Below, piece after piece: positions 30,460 to 39,540 of a stretch of 64,000 nucleotides of DNA. Location: the NCBI GenBank assembly GCA_937898635.1, contig CALEJW010000045.1, positions 890-64,889 of the forward strand, in the 5' to 3' direction. Position 1 is the first letter of the stretch. Each line of letters begins with the position of its first letter. Both the position numbers and the translations under genes were made by a program. Source of the stretch: an uncultured Pseudomonadota bacterium. GTDB lineage: Bacteria; Pseudomonadota; Gammaproteobacteria; Burkholderiales; Usitatibacteraceae. The notes under the pieces were generated by a model. The model was given only the letters and a program-made list of their open reading frames with translations. It had not been told where the DNA came from and did not search any database.

Positions 30460-32160
30460 ATGGCGAACGAACAGAATCTCCTGCGGGTCCAGGACCTGCG
30501 GGTCAGCTTCCGCATCGACCGGCACACGACCTTCGAGGCGGTGAAGGGGATCTCCTTCGACATCCCCACGCACCGGATCGTGGCCCTCGTGGGCGAGTCG
30601 GGCAGCGGCAAGTCCGTCTCCGCGATGTCGATCCTGGGCCTGCTCCCGGAGAACGCGATCGTGCCCGCCGGGAGCCGGATCCTCTACGGCGGCGCCGACC
30701 TCCTCAAGGCCCCGGAGGAGCGCCTGCAGGACATCCGCGGCAAGGACATCTCGGTGATCTTCCAGGAGCCGATGACCTCGCTCAACCCCGTGTTCCCGGT
30801 GGGCGAGCAGATCGGCGAGGTGCTGCGGCTGCACATGGGGCTCTCCCCGAAGGCGGCCGCCGCGCGCGCGGTCGAGCTCCTCGGCGAGGTCGGCATCCCG
30901 GAGCCGCAGCTTCGCGCGAGGAGTTTTCCCCACGAGCTCTCGGGCGGGCAGCAGCAGCGGGTCATGATCGCGATGGCGATCGCCTGCGAGCCCAAGCTCC
31001 TCATCGCCGACGAGCCCACCACCGCGCTCGACGTGACCATCCAGAAGCAGATCCTCGAGCTCATGGCGAGGCTGCAGGAGAAGCACCACATGTCGGTGCT
31101 CTTCATCACCCACGACCTGGGCGTCGTGGGCGAGATCGCCGACCACGTGGTGGTGATGCAGGAGGGCGCGGTCCAGGAGCAGGGACCGGTGCGCGACATC
31201 TTCGAGCGCCCGCAGCACCCCTACACCAAGGCGCTCCTCGCCTGCCGGCCGCGCCTGGACCGCCGGCCGATGCGCCTTCCCGTGATCGACGACTTCCTGA
31301 AGGAGGGCGGGCTCGCGAACTACGACGAGCGCCCGCGCGGCGTGAAGGAGGGCGACGCGGTGATCCTGGAAGCCAGGAGCCTCAACAAGACCTTCTTCCT
31401 GAAGGAGGGGTTCTTCGGCAAGAAGGCGGTGCCGGCGGTGAAGGACGTGAACTTCCGCCTCGCCCGCGGCAAGACGCTGGGGCTGGTGGGGGAATCGGGC
31501 TCGGGCAAGACCACGGTCGGGCTCACCCTCATGCGCCTTCACGACGCCACGAGCGGCGAGGTGCTCTTCGAGGGCAAGAACCTCCTCGCGCTCTCGGACC
31601 GGGAGATGATGGCCTACCGCCGGCGCATCCAGATCATCTTCCAGAACCCGTACGCCTCCCTCAACCCGCGCTTCACGATCGGCAACATCCTCACCGAGCC
31701 CATGAAGATCCACGGGATCGGCGCCAGCCAGAAGGAGCGCGTGGACCTCGCCTTCGAGATGCTCTCGAAGGTCGGGCTGCACCCGTCCTCGTTCTACAAG
31801 TACCCGCACGAGTTCTCGGGCGGGCAGCGCCAGCGCATCGCCATCGCCCGCTGCCTCACGATGAAGCCGGACGTCCTCATCTGCGACGAGTCGGTCTCCG
31901 CGCTCGACGTGTCGGTGCAGGCGCAGGTGCTGAACCTCCTCCAGGACCTCCAGGACGAGTTCAACCTCTCCTACATCTTCATCTCCCACGACCTCGCCGT
32001 GGTGAAGTACATCTCCGACGAGATCATGGTGATGAACCAGGGCGAGATCGTGGAGATCGCGAACGCCGACGAGATCTACCTGAACCCCCGGCAGGAATAC
32101 ACGAGGAAGCTCCTCGCCTCGATCCCGCGCGGCTGGAGCGCCTCCCGGGCCGCGGCCTGA
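30460..32160 (+). CDS. fused double ATP-binding-cassette protein (YejF/GsiA-like)
   Basis: Two Walker A motifs (GESGSGKSV, GESGSGKTT) and two signatures (LSGGQQQR, FSGGQRQR). 566 aa. Confidence 0.95.
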   Translation: MANEQNLLRVQDLRVSFRIDRHTTFEAVKGISFDIPTHRIVALVGESGSGKSVSAMSILGLLPENAIVPAGSRILYGGADLLKAPEERLQDIRGKDISVIFQEPMTSLNPVFPVGEQIGEVLRLHMGLSPKAAAARAVELLGEVGIPEPQLRARSFPHELSGGQQQRVMIAMAIACEPKLLIADEPTTALDVTIQKQILELMARLQEKHHMSVLFITHDLGVVGEIADHVVVMQEGAVQEQGPVRDIFERPQHPYTKALLACRPRLDRRPMRLPVIDDFLKEGGLANYDERPRGVKEGDAVILEARSLNKTFFLKEGFFGKKAVPAVKDVNFRLARGKTLGLVGESGSGKTTVGLTLMRLHDATSGEVLFEGKNLLALSDREMMAYRRRIQIIFQNPYASLNPRFTIGNILTEPMKIHGIGASQKERVDLAFEMLSKVGLHPSSFYKYPHEFSGGQRQRIAIARCLTMKPDVLICDESVSALDVSVQAQVLNLLQDLQDEFNLSYIFISHDLAVVKYISDEIMVMNQGEIVEIANADEIYLNPRQEYTRKLLASIPRGWSASRAAA

Positions 32161-32180
32161 GCCGGACTCGGGAGCCCGCG

Positions 32181-34154
32181 ATGAGCGTCCTGGGGAGGAT
32201 CGCCGGACTGCCCCTCGCCCTCGCGCTGGCGGCGGCCCAGGCCGCCCCGCCCGAGCGCCCCCTCATCGGCACCTACGACGCGGCCACGGTGACGCGCCTG
32301 TGCGACGAGGGAATCGCGCGGGCGAAGGACGCCCTCGCGGCGATGGAGGCGAGGAAGGGCGGGGCCGGCTTCTTCGACGAGTGGAACCGGCTGCAGATCC
32401 GGATCGAGGACGTGGTGAATCCCATCTACCTGATGGGCAGCGTCCACCCCGACAAGACGGTGCGCGACGCGGCCGACCCCTGCCTCACGCGCTACACCAC
32501 GCTTTCGACGGAGATCTTCCAGAGCGAGAAGCTCTTCGCGCGCGTGAAGGCCGCGCGGACGGCCAACGCGAGGCAGGCGAAGCTGCAGAAGGACCTCGTC
32601 GAGGGCTTCGAGGACTCGGGCGTGGCGCTCCCGCCGGACAAGCGAGCGCGCGCGAAGGAGATCTTCGACCGGCTGGAGCTGCTGCGCCAGGAATACGACC
32701 AGCGCATCCGCGACGACCCGACGAAGGTGACGGTGACGCCCGCGGAGATGGAGGGCATGCCCGAGGCGTACGTGAAGGCGCAGAAGAAGGACGGCGAGGG
32801 CAACTTCGTGCTCGGCCTGGACTATCCCGCCTACGCGCCCTTCCTGGCGGGGGCGAGGAGCGAGGCGGCGCGCAAGCGCTACTACACGGCCAAGCTGCGC
32901 GAGGGTGGCGAGGAGAACCTCGCGCGCCTGGACGAGATCTTCCGGCTGAGGAAGGAGCTCGCGGGGCTCTATGGACTGCCGAGCTTCGCGCACTACTCGC
33001 TTCGCCGGAAGATGGCCGGCACGCCCGGCGCGGTGGAGAAGTTCCTCGCCGAGGTGAAGTCCGCGGTCCGGAGCGTGGAGGCGCGCGAGCTGGACGAACT
33101 GCGCGCCGCGAAGGCCGCGGAGGAGGGCAAGGACGCCGCCGCGACGTCCTTCGGCCGCTGGGACCTCTTCTACTGGCAGGAGCGCGTGCGCAAGGCGCGC
33201 TTCGCGGTCGACCAGGAGGAGATGCGCCGGTACTTCCCGACGGGAAAGGCGGTCGCGTTCACGCTGCTCCTGTCCGAGACGCTCTACGGGGTGAAGTTCA
33301 CCGAGCGCAAGGTGCCGGTGTGGCATCCCGAGGTGCGCTACTTCGACGTGACCGACGCGGCGTCGGGCGCCTTCCTCTCGGGTTTCTACCTGGATCTCTT
33401 TCCCCGCGAGGGCAAGTACAACCACGCCGCGGCATTTCCGGTGCGCGGCGCGAGCCTCGCCGCGAAGCGCACCCCGGTGTCGGTGCTCGTGACGAACTTC
33501 AACCGCACCGGCCTCGACCCGGAGGAGATGGAGACGCTCCTGCACGAGTTCGGCCACGTGCTGCACGGCGTGCTGTCGAGGACGGACTACGTCACCCACG
33601 CGGGCACGAGCACGCCCGGCGACTTCGTCGAGGCCCCCTCGCAGATGTTCGAGGAGTGGGTCCGGCGGGAGCAGCCGCTCGCGCTCATGGCGAAGGTCTG
33701 CCCCGGGTGCCCGCGCCTGGGCAAGGAGGACATCGAGCGCCTCGCGGCCGCGCGCCGCTTCGGCAAGGGCATCCTCTACGCCCGGCAATGGCTCTACGCG
33801 GCCTTCGACATGGCGCTCTCGACCGGGCCGCAGCCCGCGATGGCGGCGTGGAAGCGCCTGGAAGCCGGGACGCCGCTCGGCTTCGTGGAAGGGACGTACT
33901 TCCCGGCGTCCTTCAGCCACATCGCGTCGAACTACGCCGCGGGCTACTACGGCTACATGTGGTCGCAGGCGATCGCGCTCGACATGCTCTCGGCCTTCTC
34001 GAAGGACATGCTCGACGCGAAGGTCGGCCGGCGCTACCGCGAGGCGATCCTCTCCCAGGGCGGGCAGCGCGAGCCGGCCGACATGGTGAGGAAATTCCTC
34101 GGCCGCGAGCCTTCGAGCGACGCCTTCTTCGCGGAGATCACGGGGCGGCGCTAG
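32181..34154 (+). CDS. secreted M3-family zinc metallopeptidase (oligopeptidase/dipeptidyl carboxypeptidase type)
   Basis: Signal peptide (LPLALALAAAQAAPP), zinc site HEFGHVLH, downstream EAPSQMFE. 657 aa. Confidence 0.88.
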   Translation: MSVLGRIAGLPLALALAAAQAAPPERPLIGTYDAATVTRLCDEGIARAKDALAAMEARKGGAGFFDEWNRLQIRIEDVVNPIYLMGSVHPDKTVRDAADPCLTRYTTLSTEIFQSEKLFARVKAARTANARQAKLQKDLVEGFEDSGVALPPDKRARAKEIFDRLELLRQEYDQRIRDDPTKVTVTPAEMEGMPEAYVKAQKKDGEGNFVLGLDYPAYAPFLAGARSEAARKRYYTAKLREGGEENLARLDEIFRLRKELAGLYGLPSFAHYSLRRKMAGTPGAVEKFLAEVKSAVRSVEARELDELRAAKAAEEGKDAAATSFGRWDLFYWQERVRKARFAVDQEEMRRYFPTGKAVAFTLLLSETLYGVKFTERKVPVWHPEVRYFDVTDAASGAFLSGFYLDLFPREGKYNHAAAFPVRGASLAAKRTPVSVLVTNFNRTGLDPEEMETLLHEFGHVLHGVLSRTDYVTHAGTSTPGDFVEAPSQMFEEWVRREQPLALMAKVCPGCPRLGKEDIERLAAARRFGKGILYARQWLYAAFDMALSTGPQPAMAAWKRLEAGTPLGFVEGTYFPASFSHIASNYAAGYYGYMWSQAIALDMLSAFSKDMLDAKVGRRYREAILSQGGQREPADMVRKFLGREPSSDAFFAEITGRR

Positions 34155-34205
34155 CGCGCGCGATTCACCTGCGGCGCGCGCGGGCTTTCGGGCGCCCGTT
34201 GGCCG

Positions 34206-34211
34206 TATAAT
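34206..34211 (+). promoter_or_regulatory. -10 box for sodB
   Basis: Consensus TATAAT 38 nt upstream of the ATG. GGAGA ribosome-binding site at 34239-34243. Confidence 0.4.
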
Positions 34212-34249
34212 TTCCCTTCCCCCGAATACCTTCCCACCGGAGACCTCCC

Positions 34250-34843
34250 ATGTTCACGCTCATGGCGCTTCCCTACGCCGACAACGCGCTCGCACCCGTC
34301 ATCTCCGCCAACACGCTCGGCTTCCACCACGGCAAGCACCACAAGACCTACGTGGACAACCTGAACAACCTGGTGAAGGGGACGGAGCTCGAGGGCAAGT
34401 CGCTCGAGGACGTGGTGATGGCGACCGCGGGCAAGGCGGACAAGGCGCCGCTCTTCAACAATTCCGCGCAGATCTGGAACCACGACTTCTACTGGAAGAG
34501 CCTCAAGCCGGGCGGCGGCGGCACGCCCACGGGCAGGATCGCCGACAAGCTGAACGAGTCCTTCGGCAGCTTCGAGGAGTTCAGGAAGCAGATGTCGGCG
34601 ACCACGATCTCGCAGTTCGGCAGCGGCTGGGGCTGGCTCGTGGCCGACGGCGCCGGCAAGCTCAAGGTGGTGAAGACGGGCAACGCGGAAGTGCCGATGT
34701 CCCAGGGCCTGAAGCCCCTGCTCACCATCGACGTGTGGGAGCACGCCTACTACCTCGACCACCAGAACCGTCGCGCCGACTACGTGAACGCGGTGATCGA
34801 CAAGCTCCTCGACTGGGAATTCGCGGCCGCGAACCTCGGCTAG
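34250..34843 (+). CDS. sodB: Fe-type superoxide dismutase
   Basis: [13 protein letters not shown]...[23 protein letters not shown] and [10 protein letters not shown]. Collinear with E. coli SodB as I recall it. Confidence 0.93.
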   Translation: MFTLMALPYADNALAPVISANTLGFHHGKHHKTYVDNLNNLVKGTELEGKSLEDVVMATAGKADKAPLFNNSAQIWNHDFYWKSLKPGGGGTPTGRIADKLNESFGSFEEFRKQMSATTISQFGSGWGWLVADGAGKLKVVKTGNAEVPMSQGLKPLLTIDVWEHAYYLDHQNRRADYVNAVIDKLLDWEFAAANLG

Positions 34844-34882
34844 CGCCCTGCGGCGACCGGGGACGCTGCCCGTTCCCCGCGC

Positions 34883-36169
34883 CTACTGCAGGCGAAGGCG
34901 CAGGCCCGGCTGGATGATCGCGCGGGCCGAGAGGTTGTTCAGCTGCAGCAGGTCCGGGACGTCGCGGCCGAATTGCCGCGCGATGCCGTAGACGGTGTCG
35001 CCCGACTTCACCGTGTAATAGCCGCCGGGGGACGCGACGGGTTTCGCGCCGTCCGGGCCGCGGCCGGGCACGAGGATCGGCTGGGAGGCGGTGAGGCGGC
35101 CCTTGCGGTTCACGTGCAGGTTGTTCGCGTGGCGCAGCGCCGCGCCGGAAAGCCCGTGCCGGCGCGCGATCGCGTCCACGCTCTCGCCCCTGCGCCCCTG
35201 GATCGTCTTCCAGGTGACCAGCGGGCGGTCCCAGTTCTCCAGGTTCTCGCGGAAGAGCTCCGCCTTGTCCAGCGGCAGGACGAGCGTGCCGGCCTGCGCC
35301 ATCGCCACGGGCTTGTTGTGGGACGGGTTGAGGGCGATGAACTCGTCCTCCGGCATGCCCGCGAGGCTCGCGGCGAGCTTCACGTCGATCCTCGCGGGCG
35401 CCTCGACCGTCGTGAAGTAGGGCTGGTCCGGGATCGACTCGAGCTCGACCCCGTACAGGCCCGGCGCGAGCACGATGTTCTTCACCGCCACGAGCTTCGG
35501 CACGTAGTTCGTCGTCTCCGGGGGGAGCTTGAGGTCGAGGTAGCCGGTGGGCAGCCCGCGCCGCTGGTTGGCGGCGATCGCGCGCCCGACGCAGCCCTCG
35601 CCGCAGTTGTAGGCCGCGAGCGCGAGTTCCCAGTTCCCGAACATGTCGTGCAGCTTCTGCAGGTAGTTGAGCGCGGCGTCCGTCGCGGCCACGATGTCGC
35701 GGCGGTTGTCCTTGAACCAGTCCTGCGCGAGGCCGTAGTTGCGCCCCGTGGAGGGGATGAACTGCCACAGGCCCGAGGCCTTCGAGCGCGAGTAGGCGTG
35801 GGGGTTGAAGGCGCTCTCGACCACCGGCAGCAGGGCGATCTCCGTGGGCATGCCGCGCTTCTCGACCTCCTCGACGATGTAGTGCAGGTAGCGGCTGCCG
35901 CGGTCGACGAAGCGCCGGATGTAGTCGGGACGGTTCGCGTACCAGGTCTCGTGCTCCAGGACGAGCGGGGAGTCGAGCGGCTCGAGGAGGAAGCCCTTGC
36001 GCACGCGTTGCCAGAGATCGGGGTCCGGCATCGGCACCGCGGGCTCCTCGAAGGCGTCCGGGATCGCGACGGCCGCAGCCGCGCGCAAGGCGGGCGGGGA
36101 GGCGAGGGCGCCGAGCGAGGCCATCGCGGCACCGGCCGCCAGGATCTTCAGAACCCGCTTCGAAATCAT
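34883..36169 (-). CDS. mltD: membrane-bound lytic murein transglycosylase D-like protein with LysM repeats
   Basis: Signal peptide. SLT catalytic region LPVVESAFNPHAYSRSKASGLWQFIPSTG. C-terminal LysM modules (YTVKSGDTVYGIARQFG...). Confidence 0.88.
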   Translation of the reverse strand: MISKRVLKILAAGAAMASLGALASPPALRAAAAVAIPDAFEEPAVPMPDPDLWQRVRKGFLLEPLDSPLVLEHETWYANRPDYIRRFVDRGSRYLHYIVEEVEKRGMPTEIALLPVVESAFNPHAYSRSKASGLWQFIPSTGRNYGLAQDWFKDNRRDIVAATDAALNYLQKLHDMFGNWELALAAYNCGEGCVGRAIAANQRRGLPTGYLDLKLPPETTNYVPKLVAVKNIVLAPGLYGVELESIPDQPYFTTVEAPARIDVKLAASLAGMPEDEFIALNPSHNKPVAMAQAGTLVLPLDKAELFRENLENWDRPLVTWKTIQGRRGESVDAIARRHGLSGAALRHANNLHVNRKGRLTASQPILVPGRGPDGAKPVASPGGYYTVKSGDTVYGIARQFGRDVPDLLQLNNLSARAIIQPGLRLRLQ

Positions 36170-36226
36170 CGTGTTAATTATTGTTTTCTATGGATATTTT
36201 GATGCTACGCCCGAGTGGCCCGGGCG

Positions 36227-36760
36227 TCAATCGTCCCCTCGTGACCGCTCGCCCCCGCCGGGCAGCCGGCCCGGGCCTTCGCGGCCCGCCAGCGCCGAGA
36301 ACTCGGGCCGCGTCATCCGCACGAGCTGCCACTCCGGCAGGAGCCTTCCGCCGAGGGACTCGTAGAAACGGATCGACGGCTCGTTCCAGTCGAGGACGCG
36401 CCATTCGAAGCGGCCGCAGTCGCGCTCGACCGCGAGTGCGGCGAGGTGGCGAAGCAGCGACTTGCCCACGCCCAGCCCGCGATGCGCGGGTTCGACGAAG
36501 AGGTCCTCGAGGTAGATGCCCGGGCGGCAGAGGAAGGTCGAGAAGGTCGTGAAGAAGAGCGCGAATCCGATGGCCCGGCCGCCGCGCTCGGCCATGACCG
36601 CCTCGCAGGCCGGCCGCGAGCCGAAGAGGGCCGCGTGGAGCGCTTCCGGCGTCGGCGCGGCCTGGTGCGCGAGCTTCTCGTAGTCGGCCAGCGCGAGGAT
36701 GAGGCGGTTCAGGTCCCCGCAGTCCGCGGGCGCGGCGGGGCGAAGGCTGAAGTCCGCCAT
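36227..36760 (-). CDS. GNAT-family N-acetyltransferase
   Basis: ATG at 36760. Acetyl-CoA motif VEPAHRGLGVGKSLLRHL. 177 aa. Confidence 0.8.
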   Translation of the reverse strand: MADFSLRPAAPADCGDLNRLILALADYEKLAHQAAPTPEALHAALFGSRPACEAVMAERGGRAIGFALFFTTFSTFLCRPGIYLEDLFVEPAHRGLGVGKSLLRHLAALAVERDCGRFEWRVLDWNEPSIRFYESLGGRLLPEWQLVRMTRPEFSALAGREGPGRLPGGGERSRGDD

Positions 36761-36765
36761 GCCGG

Positions 36766-37533
36766 CTAGCGGAAGCCGTTCTTCCATTCGCGCACCGCGG
36801 CGAAGACTTCGACGGGGGTGGCGAGCGGGCGGCCCGCGCGGGCCGAGGCCGAGGCGATGACCTCGGGCCGGTCCCAGCGCAGGAAGGGATTGGTGTCGAG
36901 CTCCTCGGCGATGGTCGAGGGCACGGTCGGGCGGCCCCTCGCCCGGGCGGCCGCGTCGCGCGCCTGCCTCGCGGCGAGCCTCGCGTTGCCCGGCTCGACG
37001 GCGAGCGCGAAGCGCAGGTTCGCGAGCGTGTACTCGTGGGCGCAATAGACGCGCGTGCCGCCGGGAAGCCGCGCGAGCTTCGCGAGGGAATCCTGCATCT
37101 GCGCGGGCGTGCCCTCGAAGAGCCGGCCGCAGCCCCCGGCGAAAAGGGTGTCGCCGCAGAAGACGAAGCCCTCGCCCGCGTAGGCGATGTGTCCGGCCGT
37201 GTGGCCCGGCACCTCCATCACCTCGAGCGCGAGGTCCAGGCCGGGAACGGCGATGCGCTCGCCGCCGCGAAGCCGCCTCGTGAGCCCGGCGATCGACTCG
37301 CCCGCGGGACCGAACGCCTCGCATCGCCAGCGCGCCTTGAGCGCCTCGAGGCCGCCGACGTGGTCGCCATGGTGGTGCGTGGCGAGGATGGCGGTGAGCG
37401 TGAGGGCGTTTCGCTCGAGGAAGTCCTGCACGGGCGCGGCGTCTCCCGGGTCCACGACCGCGGCGTGCCGGCCGTCGTGGACGACCCAGAGATAGTTGTC
37501 CTCGAAGGCCGGAACGGGGTCGATCTGCACCAT
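36766..37533 (-). CDS. gloB: hydroxyacylglutathione hydrolase (glyoxalase II)
   Basis: FEDNYLWVV and [10 protein letters not shown] metallo-beta-lactamase motifs, CAHEYT, and the C-terminal NPFLR motif. Confidence 0.92.
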   Translation of the reverse strand: MVQIDPVPAFEDNYLWVVHDGRHAAVVDPGDAAPVQDFLERNALTLTAILATHHHGDHVGGLEALKARWRCEAFGPAGESIAGLTRRLRGGERIAVPGLDLALEVMEVPGHTAGHIAYAGEGFVFCGDTLFAGGCGRLFEGTPAQMQDSLAKLARLPGGTRVYCAHEYTLANLRFALAVEPGNARLAARQARDAAARARGRPTVPSTIAEELDTNPFLRWDRPEVIASASARAGRPLATPVEVFAAVREWKNGFR

Positions 37534-37559
37534 GGACGCGAGTCTATTAGAATTGGCCC

Positions 37560-38312
37560 ATGCCGACCAACACGCTCGCGGACTGGTTCGCCACGCCGCT
37601 CGGGAGCTACCTCCTCGCGAAGGAGCAGGCCTACCTGGACGACGTGACGCCCGACATCTTCGGCTTCCACGCGCTGCAGCTCGGGCTGCCGCAGTTCGAC
37701 CTCCTGCGCGAGAACCGCATCACGCACCGCATGCGCCTCGACGCGGGCGCGGGGGCGGACGTGCGCGCGAGGTGCCACGAGCTGCCGCTCGCCACGCAGT
37801 CCATCGACCTCGCGCTGCTGCCGCACGTGCTCGAGTTCGCCCAGGAGCCGCACGCGGTCCTGCGCGAGATCGACCGCGTGATGATGCCCGAGGGGCGGAT
37901 CGTCATCCTCGGCTTCAATCCCTGGAGCCTCTGGGGCCTGCGCAGCGTCATGGGCCCGGCCCGGCACGAGACGCCGTGGAACGGCAAGTTCGTCTCGTTG
38001 CTGCGCGTGAAGGACTGGCTCGCGCTCCTGGGCTTCGAGGTGTCGGCCGGGCGGCTCGTCTGCTACGTGCCGCCGGTCAAGCGCGAGAAGTGGCTGCGGC
38101 GCCTCGCCTTCATGGAGCCGGCGGGCGACCGCTGGTGGGCGGTGGGCGGCGCGGTCTACATGCTGCAGGCGATCAAGCGCGTGCACGGCGTGCGCCTGCT
38201 CACGCCCGCCTGGCAGGAGGCGGCGGCCCGCGAGAAGCGCGTCGCGCTGGCGGCCAAGCGCGAGGGCAATGCCGCCTCGTCCCGGGCCGGCTCCCTGCGC
38301 GTGGTCAAGTGA
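37560..38312 (+). CDS. class I SAM-dependent methyltransferase-like protein
   Basis: 250-aa ORF in the conserved gloB / methyltransferase / rnhA / dnaQ arrangement. [12 protein letters not shown]...[21 protein letters not shown]. Confidence 0.7.
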   Translation: MPTNTLADWFATPLGSYLLAKEQAYLDDVTPDIFGFHALQLGLPQFDLLRENRITHRMRLDAGAGADVRARCHELPLATQSIDLALLPHVLEFAQEPHAVLREIDRVMMPEGRIVILGFNPWSLWGLRSVMGPARHETPWNGKFVSLLRVKDWLALLGFEVSAGRLVCYVPPVKREKWLRRLAFMEPAGDRWWAVGGAVYMLQAIKRVHGVRLLTPAWQEAAAREKRVALAAKREGNAASSRAGSLRVVK

Positions 38313-38779
38313 GCGTCCCGGCGCGCGAATCCGCCGCGGGAGCGGTCGAGATCTACACGGACGGCGCGTGCAAGGGCAATCCGGGCCCCGGGGGCTGGGG
38401 GGCGCTCCTCACTTTCGACGGCAAGGAGCGGGAACTCTTTGGCGGCGAGGCCGCGACCACGAACAACCGCATGGAGCTCACCGCCGTGATCGAGGCGCTC
38501 GCGGCCCTCAAGCGGCCGAGCCGCGTGGTGGTGCACACCGACTCGCAGTACGTCCAGAAGGGGATCACGGAATGGATCCGCGGCTGGAAGGCGAAGGGAT
38601 GGCGGACCGCCGCGAAGGCGCCGGTGAAGAACGTGGACCTGTGGAAGCGCCTCGACGAGCTGGCGGCCCTTCACCACGTGCAGTGGCGCTGGGTCCGGGG
38701 GCACTCGGGCCACGACGGCAACGAGCGCGCCGACGCCCTCGCCAACCGGGGCGTGGGCCTGGAGGGGCGGGCCGGGTGA
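38309..38779 (+). CDS. rnhA: ribonuclease HI
   Basis: [37 protein letters not shown] and [15 protein letters not shown]. The GTG start overlaps the upstream stop (GTGA). Confidence 0.93.
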   Translation: MSVPARESAAGAVEIYTDGACKGNPGPGGWGALLTFDGKERELFGGEAATTNNRMELTAVIEALAALKRPSRVVVHTDSQYVQKGITEWIRGWKAKGWRTAAKAPVKNVDLWKRLDELAALHHVQWRWVRGHSGHDGNERADALANRGVGLEGRAG

Positions 38780-38828
38780 GGGCGGCCGGCGCCGGGGCTC
38801 GCGCGGCCCCCGGGCGGGGAGCCCGGCG

Positions 38829-39539
38829 GTGAGGCGCATCTTCCTCGACACGGAGACGACGGGCCTCGACCCCGCCGAGGGCCACCGCGTGATCGAGATC
38901 GCCTGCGTGGAGGTGTTCGACCGGCGGCCCACGGGGCGCAATTTCCACCGCTACCTCAATCCCGAGCGCGAGATCGACCAGGGCGCGATCAACATCCACG
39001 GCCTCACCCCGGACTTCCTCGCCGACAAGCCGCGCTTCGCCGACGTCGCCGACGAGTTCGTCGAGTTCGTCGAGGGCGCCGAGCTCCTCATCCACAACGC
39101 GGCCTTCGACACGGGCTTCCTCGACGCCGAGTTCGCGCGCGTGGAGCGCCCCGCGATCGCGACCCTGTGCGCGGTGACGGACACCCTCGCGCTCGCCCGC
39201 GAGATGCACCCGGGCAAGCGCAATTCCCTCGACGCGCTCTGCGAGCGCTACCGCGTGGACAACTCGCGGCGCTCGCTTCACGGCGCGCTCCTCGACGCGC
39301 AGCTCCTGCTCGACGTCTGGCTCGCCATGACGCGCGGCCAGGACGCCCTCGACATCTCCCTCGTCGCGCCGCCCGCGGCGGCTTCGGCGGGCGGCCCGGC
39401 GGCGCGGCCCGCGCGGCTCGCGGTCCTGCGCGCGAGCCAGGCGGAGGTCGCGGCGCACGCGGCGATGTGCGAGCGGATCGACCAGGAAAGCAAGGGCCGC
39501 TGCCTGTGGAAGCAGGCCGCGCTCCCGGGGCTCGACTGA
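38829..39539 (+). CDS. dnaQ: DNA polymerase III epsilon subunit (3'-5' exonuclease)
   Basis: Exo I FLDTETTGL, Exo II HNAAFDTGFL and Exo III HGALLDAQLL. GTG start. Confidence 0.92.
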   Translation: MRRIFLDTETTGLDPAEGHRVIEIACVEVFDRRPTGRNFHRYLNPEREIDQGAINIHGLTPDFLADKPRFADVADEFVEFVEGAELLIHNAAFDTGFLDAEFARVERPAIATLCAVTDTLALAREMHPGKRNSLDALCERYRVDNSRRSLHGALLDAQLLLDVWLAMTRGQDALDISLVAPPAAASAGGPAARPARLAVLRASQAEVAAHAAMCERIDQESKGRCLWKQAALPGLD

Positions 39540-39540
39540 G

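Noticed and set aside
36170-36226. AT-rich 57-nt stretch (gtgttaattattgttttctatggatattttgatgc) as a possible small RNA or mobile-element end.
   Set aside because: It is too short, has no flanking repeats, and sits where the mltD promoter and ribosome-binding region would be expected. I could not define convincing -35/-10 boxes, so it is not listed as a feature.
36761-37324. Extension of the GNAT ORF through gloB (365-aa ORF 36227-37324).
   Set aside because: The extension overlaps gloB in a different frame and has no motif content. The GNAT fold begins at MADFSLRP (ATG 36760).
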